NCBI GenBank assembly: GCA_050246315.1
Contig: JBFWWG010000027.1
Coordinates: forward strand, 1 to 13,530
Reading direction: 5' to 3'
DNA: 13,530 nucleotides
DNA from: Nitrospiraceae bacterium
GTDB lineage: Bacteria > Nitrospirota > Nitrospiria > Nitrospirales > Nitrospiraceae
Under the pieces are notes generated by a model. It made no database searches and was not told where the DNA came from. It saw only the letters and a list, made by a program, of their open reading frames with translations. Positions 7,305-13,530 of this stretch are shown piece after piece. Within the stretch, counting starts at the first letter, position 1. Each line of letters starts with the position of its first letter. The translations under genes and the position numbers were made by a program.

Positions 7305-9455
7305 ATGTACAAGACCATCTATATCCCGGTCGACAATTCGGACCATTCGAATACGGCCGTCGACCTGGGGATTGAGCTGGCCAAGACGTTCGGTTCCAAA
7401 GTCGTGGGGAGCCACGTCTACGCCGCCAAAATGCACGATAAGCGGTTCAAGCAAATGGAGGCCGGGCTTCCCGAGGAATATCACGACGAGAAGGAACTGG
7501 ACCGCCAACGGCAGATCCACGATTCGTTGATTACCCGCGGTCTACAGATCATCACCGATTCCTACCTCGATTACGTCGATAAGAAGTGCACCGAGGCCAA
7601 CCTGCCGCTGGAGCGCAAGTCTCTGGAAGGCCGCAACTGGAAGGTCCTCGTCGAGGACATCGCCACCAGCGGATACGAACTCGTCATCATGGGAGCCCTG
7701 GGTGTCGGCGCAGTGAAGGACAGCGTGATCGGCAGCAATACCGAGCGGGTCATCCGGCGCGTCCGGTCCTCCGACATGTTCATCGTGAAGGACCCCAAGC
7801 CCCTCGGCGAGGGCAAGATCGTCGTGGCGGTGGACGGGAGCCCCTATTCCTTCGGCGGGTTGATGACCGGCTTGGCCCTGGGCAAGGCGTTCAACCGTCC
7901 GGTGGAAGCCATCTCGGCCTTCGATCCCTATTTTCACTATGCCGCCTTCCACAGCATCTCGGGTGTGCTCAACGAGGAGGCCGGCAAGGTCTTTCGGTTC
8001 AAGGAGCAGGAGAAGCTCCACGAGGAGATCATCGACAGCGGGCTCGCCAAGATCTACCAATCGCACCTGGACATCTCCCGCGAGGTGGCGCAGGCCGAAA
8101 ACACCGACATCAAGACCACGCTCCTGGACGGTAAGGCCTTCGAAAAGATCATCCAATATGTCCGCAAAGAAAACCCGTGGCTGTTGATCGTCGGCCGGAT
8201 CGGCGTCCACAGCGACGAGGACATGGACATCGGGAGCAACACCGAGAACCTGCTGCGGAGCGCTCCCTGTAACGTGCTGGTCTCGAACCGCAAATATGTG
8301 CCGCCGATCGACACGCAGGCCGAGTACACCATCGCCTGGACCGAAGAGGCGCTGCGCCGGATGGAGAAGATTCCGGTGTTCGCACGCGGCGTCGCCAAGA
8401 CCGCGATTCATCGCTACGCCATCGAAAAGGGCCACACGATCATCAGCAACTCGGTGGTCGATGCCGCAGTCGGGCACATCCTGCCGAAGGGCGCGATGGA
8501 CGCGATGCGGGCGCTGGGCTCGGGCCTGGAGGCGGCCGGCGTGGACCGGGACAAGATGCAGGCAGACAGCGCCGTCGCCCAGGACCTCATGGGCAAGACC
8601 CTCAGCGGCATGATGACGCAGATCGTCGAGGACAAGCCGGCCGTGACCCCGGCGAACCAGGCTTACCTTGATCGGATGAGCCAGAACTATTTTGTCTGCG
8701 ACGGGTGCGGCTACGTCGGCAAGGGCGAAACGCCGGTGAAGTGCCCGGTGTGCGGGGCCGAAGGGGCGCGATTCAAGCAAGTCGATAAGTCGATCTTCGA
8801 AGCCGCCGCCAAGGCGGAGGGCGCCGTGGAGACCGAGCTGGCCTACGACGACGTCCCGATGCAATGGACCAAGGAGGCCAAGGAAGCCATCCGTGCGGTC
8901 CCGGCCGGATTCCAGCGCCGGCGCGCCAAGGCGAAAATCGAAAAGACGGCCCGCAAGCTCGGCATGACCACGATCACACTCGAATATGCCGCGCCCATGA
9001 TTCAAGAGGCGGCCTCCGAGGAGTACAGCCCGATTTTCGCCAACAAAGGCGCCGGCACCTCGGCGGAGGCGGAAGCCCTGCTGAAGGGTACCAGCGGGAC
9101 GAATGGTACGCATGGCTCAACGGCCAACGGCCGTGACCACCAGGCTCAACCGGCCGCTGCAGCGGATGCCGGTGCAGCAGTGATGAGGGCGAGCGAGCCG
9201 CAGGCGGTCCAGTCCGATCCCTATGTCTGGACGGCCGATGCCCAAGCGAGGCTTGAGCGGGCGCCCGAAGGATTCATGCGCGACTGCACCAGGGCCCTGA
9301 TTCTCCGCCATGCGGAGAAGATCGGAACCACCACCATCACCATTGAAGTAGCCAATGAGGGCATCGAAGAATCCAAGAAGTACATGGAAGAGGCCCTCAA
9401 GACCGGGAATCTCAAGACCATCATCGCGGACCTCACGGGGAAACCTAGTGCGTAG
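7305..9455 (+). CDS. Multidomain universal stress protein: 2x USP + PCP_red-like + rubredoxin-like + 2x PCP_red-like
   Basis: USP starts MYKTIYIPVDNS and KIVVAVDGS; motifs GALGVGAVKDSVIGS and GRIGVHSDEDMDIGS. Rubredoxin-like CDGCGY...CPVCG at ~8697-8756. Three W(T)xEA...P.F..R helical modules at ~8337, 8865 and 9228. SD AGGAGG. Confidence 0.88.
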   Translation: MYKTIYIPVDNSDHSNTAVDLGIELAKTFGSKVVGSHVYAAKMHDKRFKQMEAGLPEEYHDEKELDRQRQIHDSLITRGLQIITDSYLDYVDKKCTEANLPLERKSLEGRNWKVLVEDIATSGYELVIMGALGVGAVKDSVIGSNTERVIRRVRSSDMFIVKDPKPLGEGKIVVAVDGSPYSFGGLMTGLALGKAFNRPVEAISAFDPYFHYAAFHSISGVLNEEAGKVFRFKEQEKLHEEIIDSGLAKIYQSHLDISREVAQAENTDIKTTLLDGKAFEKIIQYVRKENPWLLIVGRIGVHSDEDMDIGSNTENLLRSAPCNVLVSNRKYVPPIDTQAEYTIAWTEEALRRMEKIPVFARGVAKTAIHRYAIEKGHTIISNSVVDAAVGHILPKGAMDAMRALGSGLEAAGVDRDKMQADSAVAQDLMGKTLSGMMTQIVEDKPAVTPANQAYLDRMSQNYFVCDGCGYVGKGETPVKCPVCGAEGARFKQVDKSIFEAAAKAEGAVETELAYDDVPMQWTKEAKEAIRAVPAGFQRRRAKAKIEKTARKLGMTTITLEYAAPMIQEAASEEYSPIFANKGAGTSAEAEALLKGTSGTNGTHGSTANGRDHQAQPAAAADAGAAVMRASEPQAVQSDPYVWTADAQARLERAPEGFMRDCTRALILRHAEKIGTTTITIEVANEGIEESKKYMEEALKTGNLKTIIADLTGKPSA

Positions 9456-9460
9456 AACCC

Positions 9461-9533
9461 AGTGCTGAGTGGAAAGAACGCGCCCGGGAAAAGGCATTGA
9501 TTATTCAGTCCTCAGCACTCAGAACTCAGCACT
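9461..9533. repeat. Inverted heptamer array (TGCTGAG / CTCAGCA)
   Basis: AGTGCTGAGT (9461-9470) is the exact reverse complement of ACTCAGCACT (9524-9533). The right arm reads TTCAGTC CTCAGCA CTCAGAA CTCAGCA CT. Confidence 0.82.
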
Positions 9534-9541
9534 AAAGAGAC

Positions 9542-10927
9542 ATGGGTAAATCGCTTCCGATCCTGAATATCCCCGGTTTGGCCGATCAACTGGGCTCCTT
9601 CGCCGGGCAGATCCAGAAGTTCATGTCCGGCTCCTTGCCGACTCCTGGTCCCGGGGACGGCCGGACCGTCGATGACTTCAAGCCCTATCTGATCGCGCTC
9701 AACCTGACCAAACGCTGCAACCTCAAGTGCGCGCACTGCTACCTGGATGCCACCACCAAAGCCGGCGGCGCCTCCGACGAACTGACGACCGAAGAATCCT
9801 TCCGCCTGATCGACCAGATCGCGGAGGTCAATCGCGGATGCCTGCTCGTTATCACCGGCGGGGAGCCGTTAGTCCGCCCGGACATTCTCGACATCGCCCG
9901 GTATGCGGTCGCCAAGGGGTTCATCGTCGTGTTCGGGACCAACGGCATGCTGATCAATGACCGGATGGCCAAGACGCTGGTGGAGATCGGCGTCATGGGC
10001 GTGGGCATCAGCATTGACTCGCTCGACAAGGAGAAACACGATCGGTTCCGGGGCGTGCCGGGAGCCTGGGAAGATGCCGTGGCCGGCATCGAAGCTTGCA
10101 AACGAAACGGGCTTCAGTTCCAGGTGCATTTCAGCGCCCAGCCGATGAACTATCAGGAACTGCCCCAGGTGATCGACTGGGCGCACGGCTTAGGCGCCAG
10201 AGTGGTCAACATCTTCTTCATGGTCTGCACCGGCCGCGGTGAAGAGCTGACCGACATCACGCCGACTCAATATGAAGAGGTCCTGACCTATCTGGTCGAT
10301 TGCCAGGACAAGTACAAGGACATGCTGGTGCGGGCGCGCTGCGCCCCCCATTTCAAGCGATTGGCTTACGAGAAGGATCCGAATTCCCCGCTCACCAAGG
10401 CCACCGGCTACATGGGCGGCGGCTGCTTGGCCGCGACCAACTATGCCAGGGTGACCCCCAACGGAGAGCTGACCCCCTGCCCTTATATGCCGCTCTCCGC
10501 CGGCAACGTGCGGGAGACCAGCTTCGTGGACCTGTGGGAGCGCTCGCCGATCTTCGACTCGTTCCGCTATCCCCATTTGAAGGGCAAGTGCGGCGATTGC
10601 GAATACAGCGAGATCTGCGGCGGCTGCCGGGCACGCCCGTATGTCGATCACGGCGATTGGCTCGACGAGGATCAGTGGTGTCTGTACACCCCGAAGGGAG
10701 GCGAGAAGGTTCAGGTGGCCTTCAATACGCCCGAAGAGTCCGAGGTCGCCTGGGATGAGGCGGCGCAAGTCCGGCTCAGCCGCATTCCCTACTTTCTCCG
10801 CGCCATGGTCAAGAAGGGCGTCGAACGACACGCACGCGAGCAGGGTCTCCCCCTCGTGACGGTGGAGCTGATGGAGGAGCTGCGCAAGAAGCGCTTCGGC
10901 AACGACGCGCCGGTGTTCAAGTTCTAA
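9542..10927 (+). CDS. Radical SAM/SPASM protein, AhbD/AhbC/NirJ-like, with C-terminal PCP_red-like domain
   Basis: CNLKCAHC, ITGGEPL, FGTNG, ISIDS, RCAPHF; SPASM cysteines GCLAA...GELTPCPY...CGDCEYSEICGGCRAR...C. Tail WDEAAQVRLSRIPYFLRAMVKKGVERHAREQG from 10751. Confidence 0.88.
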   Translation: MGKSLPILNIPGLADQLGSFAGQIQKFMSGSLPTPGPGDGRTVDDFKPYLIALNLTKRCNLKCAHCYLDATTKAGGASDELTTEESFRLIDQIAEVNRGCLLVITGGEPLVRPDILDIARYAVAKGFIVVFGTNGMLINDRMAKTLVEIGVMGVGISIDSLDKEKHDRFRGVPGAWEDAVAGIEACKRNGLQFQVHFSAQPMNYQELPQVIDWAHGLGARVVNIFFMVCTGRGEELTDITPTQYEEVLTYLVDCQDKYKDMLVRARCAPHFKRLAYEKDPNSPLTKATGYMGGGCLAATNYARVTPNGELTPCPYMPLSAGNVRETSFVDLWERSPIFDSFRYPHLKGKCGDCEYSEICGGCRARPYVDHGDWLDEDQWCLYTPKGGEKVQVAFNTPEESEVAWDEAAQVRLSRIPYFLRAMVKKGVERHAREQGLPLVTVELMEELRKKRFGNDAPVFKF

Positions 10928-10955
10928 CGAGTTGCGGAAGCACTCGATGTGTATG

Positions 10956-11039
10956 CTTCGACAGGCTCAGCACGATCGGAAAACACCGGTATAGTCCATG
11001 ATCGCCCCGTTCGTCCTGAGGCCCTCGAAGGATGAACGG
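10956..11039. repeat. REP/MITE-like palindromic element
   Basis: CTTCGACAGGCTCAGCACGATCGG (10956-10979) and CCGTTCGTCCTGAGGCCCTCGAAG (11007-11030) are 19/24 reverse-complementary. There is a nested alternative stem CCGTTCGTCCT...AGGATGAACGG (11007-11039). Confidence 0.78.
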
Positions 11040-11056
11040 AGGGGTTTACCGCAGCC

Positions 11057-11228
11057 TGCTGAGTGTTGAGTGCTCTGTGCTGAGTGCTGAGTTTCGGATA
11101 GGCCAGTGGTGGATTTAGAAATGCTCGACATTCAATCCTCCGCACGGCTTATGGTTGAGGAATACCCAGCCCTGAGCACCTAACACTCGGCACTTCCTGT
11201 GGCTTAGGAACACTGAGCACCCAGCACT
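11057..11228. repeat. Inverted heptamer arrays (TGCTGAG / CTCAGCA), same family as 9461-9533
   Basis: TGCTGAG TGTTGAG TGCTCTG TGCTGAG TGCTGAG (11057-11091); CCCAGCC CTGAGCA CCTAACA CTCGGCA CT (11165-11194); CTGAGCA CCCAGCA CT (to 11228). Confidence 0.85.
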
Positions 11229-11237
11229 GTTACGCGC

Positions 11238-11771
11238 ATGACCGCTCTCACGAACATCGCCACCGACCTCAATACCCTCCTGCCGATCATCAACCATTGG
11301 TTCCACCTGGTGTCGGCGGTCATTTGGATCGGCGGGTTGGCGTTCCTCGTCCTGGTGGTCACGCCGGGTCTTCAGAAATCGATCCCCAAGGAATACGTGA
11401 AGCCGCTGGCCGACATCTTCTACCGCCAATACAAGAAGATCATCGGCCTGGTGTTGATCGTCATTCTGTTCACCGGCGGCCTGAATCTCCATTTCATCAA
11501 CAAAATGATGATCGCCCAACTGGGCGAGACCGGCGGAGTCGCTCACAACGCCAAGTATCTCACGATCTTCTTCATCAAACTGTCGCTCGTGCTCGTCGTC
11601 CTGACCCTCTTTCTCTATACCGTGGTCTTCAAGAGTGACGCCACGGGAGACGAGGACGCCGAGGAGCGGCAGGAGCAGTACGAAGAACCGGTCCCGTTTC
11701 AAAAACTGGGGCTGGTTCTCGGCCTCTTCATCATCCTCTGCGCCGCAGCCCTGAAATACCTGCATTTCTGA
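11238..11771 (+). CDS. CopD/DUF4149-like integral membrane protein (~4 TM)
   Basis: WFHLVSAVIWIGG (H...W-x-GG), ILFTGG, FFIKLSLV; four hydrophobic segments. Confidence 0.75.
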   Translation: MTALTNIATDLNTLLPIINHWFHLVSAVIWIGGLAFLVLVVTPGLQKSIPKEYVKPLADIFYRQYKKIIGLVLIVILFTGGLNLHFINKMMIAQLGETGGVAHNAKYLTIFFIKLSLVLVVLTLFLYTVVFKSDATGDEDAEERQEQYEEPVPFQKLGLVLGLFIILCAAALKYLHF

Positions 11772-11885
11772 CCAGCGTAGCCTCTGCATCTCGCTGCCCT
11801 CCCGCCAGAGTACAAATCTTGAGTTTTCTCCATCCCCTTGCTACCCTTTTGTCAGTTATTCCAATATCTGAGTAGGGGCCATCGC

Positions 11886-12446
11886 ATGTCACCTCAAGCC
11901 CACCGAATCAAGCTGACCTATGGGGACTATCTCTCCTTCCCCGAGGACGGGAAACGCCATGAACTGATCGACGGAGACCACTACGTGACCCCTTCGCCGA
12001 ATACGAAGCACCAGACTGTATCCTCGAACCTCCATCGAATTCTTGCTGGATTTGCCCATGACAAGAAGTTGGGACGAATATTTGCCGCTCCCTATGATGT
12101 CGTACTGTCCGAGTCGGACGTGCTTCAGCCCGACCTGGTCTTCGTGTCCTCCTCACGATCCTCGATCATTACCGAATCCAACATCCAGGGCGCACCGGAT
12201 CTCATGATAGAAATCCTCTCCGACAGCACCCGTAGGACCGATGAAATCGTTAAGCGAAAGCGATATGAGGCCTTCGGGGTGCAGGAATACTGGGTTGTGG
12301 ACCCGGTCCTCGATTCGGTAGAGGTCTATCGTATGTCAGACCGCGGCTACGCCCGCGTCGCGGAGCTGACCAAAGAGGAAACCGAATCTCTCACCACCCC
12401 CTTTCTCCCATCATTGAGCATCGCTATCGCGGACATCTTCGCGTAG
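11886..12446 (+). CDS. Uma2 (DUF820) family PD-(D/E)xK endonuclease
   Basis: LTYGDY..PEDGKRHELIDG...PSPNTKHQ, VLQPDLVFV, GAPDLMIEILS, KRKRYEAFGVQEYWVVDP. ATG 11886 follows an AGGGG SD-like site. Confidence 0.92.
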   Translation: MSPQAHRIKLTYGDYLSFPEDGKRHELIDGDHYVTPSPNTKHQTVSSNLHRILAGFAHDKKLGRIFAAPYDVVLSESDVLQPDLVFVSSSRSSIITESNIQGAPDLMIEILSDSTRRTDEIVKRKRYEAFGVQEYWVVDPVLDSVEVYRMSDRGYARVAELTKEETESLTTPFLPSLSIAIADIFA

Positions 12447-12539
12447 ATCTCGTTTTCTGAAATGCTCCAAGTCAGGCTCCCCTGTTCCCGCCGACGACGA
12501 AGCCAGCAGTACGACGCCCAGTCCTTCTACCCACGGGGT

Positions 12540-12555
12540 GTATCTAAGTAGATAC
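12540..12555. promoter_or_regulatory. Perfect palindrome, candidate transcription-factor (enhancer) site
   Basis: GTATCTA-AG-TAGATAC, with a second GATAC half-site in GGGACAATTGGATACA at ~12563-12578. Confidence 0.5.
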
Positions 12556-12708
12556 CATCCTTGGGACAATTGGATACAGTGCATCCTTCCCTACGAGGTC
12601 CGTCGATTGGACCGGCTCAACCGCCCGCGGGGGAAGACTCCCATCTTGTGAAATGTTTTCACGAACTTAGCCCTAACGGGCGGGCTCCCCATAAGTCTTT
12701 TGGCCACG

Positions 12709-12724
12709 GGGTATGCGCATTGCT
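12709..12724 (+). promoter_or_regulatory. Putative sigma54 (-24/-12) promoter
   Basis: GGGTATGCGCATTGCT: GG(12710-11)-N10-GC(12722-23) with TTGCT at -12; close to the TGGCACG-N4-TTGCW consensus. Confidence 0.5.
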
Positions 12725-12804
12725 CTTTCTCACGGCAGGGAACTCAGATAACGAATCGGCCGGCAAGATCCATCGGCCGGCCTCTTGAAGGATCGGAGCG
12801 ACTC

Positions 12805-12876
12805 TTGTGGGAATTTGTCGGACTTGTCGCGCTTCTTCTGGCGCTCGCCGGTGTGGTTATCGTGCTGTGGCGCTGA
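12805..12876 (+). CDS. Putative 23-aa single-pass membrane microprotein (MWEFVGLVALLLALAGVVIVLWR)
   Basis: TTG start 6 nt after GGAG; uninterrupted hydrophobic stretch flanked by W/E and W/R; ~80 nt downstream of the sigma54-like motif. Confidence 0.5.
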   Translation: MWEFVGLVALLLALAGVVIVLWR

Positions 12877-12997
12877 TCCAGGTGAAGCACCGAGCCGGTC
12901 ACACCATCCACCGTTGACGACAGACGGCGGTGGACCGAGGGGTCTTCTGGACCGTGCCCATCCAGTCGATCTGGCCGCCTCAGGGGCTTTACCCGCT

Positions 12998-13046
12998 GAG
13001 CCGCGTCCCGAGGACGACTCCGGACGCGGCTCTCCTCCCCTCCCCC
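12998..13046 (+). terminator. Strong GC hairpin with pyrimidine tail (possible terminator or RNA structural element)
   Basis: GAGCCGCGTCC...GGACGCGGCTC perfect 11-bp stem (12998-13032) followed by TCCTCCCCTCCCCC; lacks a classic U-tract. Confidence 0.35.
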
Positions 13047-13514
13047 TGACGGAGAGGGAATCGAGTGAACGAGCGACAGAAGTCGTTGGACTTCACCCGC
13101 ATGAGTGATGTGAGTTCGTCGTGAAATCGTGAAGTCGCCAGGCGAGACGGGCAAGCGCAGCCGCGAAGGACCGGGAACCGACGGTCAAGACAGGGATAGG
13201 AAGCAGGGAATATGAGGAGTCGCGCCAAATCTGACCAGTGCCTGTCCCGGGCCATTCGCCCCCTGGTCGGACTAGGGATGCCATTGTTGTCGAACGGGCC
13301 TATGTAACGATCCCCCATTTCCCCGTAGCGCCGGCTCCCGAGCGGTCTTCCCCGCCCGACCGAACGGAGCGCAGGAGTTGGTCATGACGATCTCTCCGGG
13401 CCAACAAGACTTCGACCACGTTGCACCAACCCGTATCTCTCGTTTGGTATTTCTAACCCACAGAGTTCGGTATGCCAGTACTCGCCTCTGCATTTGAAAG
13501 AACAAGGAGTTCTC

Positions 13515-13530
13515 ATGATGATGCGCTCAA
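13515..13530 (+). CDS. 5' end of a downstream gene (MMMRS...), truncated by the window
   Basis: SD AAGGAG at 13504-13509 followed by ATG at 13515. Confidence 0.6.

Noticed and set aside
5449..9113. Long minus-strand ORFs 5449..6894 and 7542..9113
   Set aside because: Antisense shadows of the radical SAM and USP genes; no recognisable domains.
8337..10890. Photosynthesis or chlorophyll synthesis implied by PCP_red domains
   Set aside because: Only the small C-terminal module is present; no nitrogenase-like BchN/B/L catalytic domains in the window.
11057..11228. Possible CRISPR array (also 5329-5472 and 9461-9533)
   Set aside because: Units are 7 bp, tandem and inverted, with no 23-50 bp repeats separated by spacers; no cas genes.
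11838..11885. TTG-start extension of Uma2
   Set aside because: ATG 11886 has an SD-like site and matches the usual family N-terminus.
13140..13200. Possible c-di-GMP-I riboswitch (GGGCAAG...GCGA...)
   Set aside because: Lacks the GGCAAA and GACGCAAA core and the expected P2/P3 pairing.
12561..13505. Track ORFs of 63-136 aa in the distal intergenic region
   Set aside because: Mutually overlapping, Arg/Pro/Ser-rich, without SD support or domain signatures.

Overview
GC-rich bacterial window, probably Nitrospirota (inferred from the gene set, not proven). It has three parts. (1) 1-4345, minus strand, is an accessory/defence block. It holds a Fic AMP-transferase missing from the ORF track because it runs off the left edge, a translationally coupled Type III restriction Res subunit, an intact DUF2442 antitoxin-like gene, and a DUF4160 partner reduced to a deletion scar. 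The TA cassette lies between two diverged copies of a ~90-bp divergent promoter element. (2) 4456-11771, plus strand, is a cofactor/redox cluster: a UbiE/MenG methyltransferase with an unusual ~30-aa insert, a cobalamin-binding radical SAM enzyme, a 716-aa USP-USP-PCP_red-rubredoxin-PCP_red-PCP_red fusion, an AhbD/NirJ-like radical SAM/SPASM enzyme with its own C-terminal PCP_red domain, and a CopD-like membrane protein. Its spacers carry inverted heptamer arrays and a REP-like hairpin. (3) A Uma2 endonuclease is followed by ~1.07 kb with no convincing long CDS. That stretch contains a candidate sigma54 promoter with an upstream palindrome, an unannotated 23-aa transmembrane microprotein ORF, several strong hairpins, and the start of a gene at the right edge.
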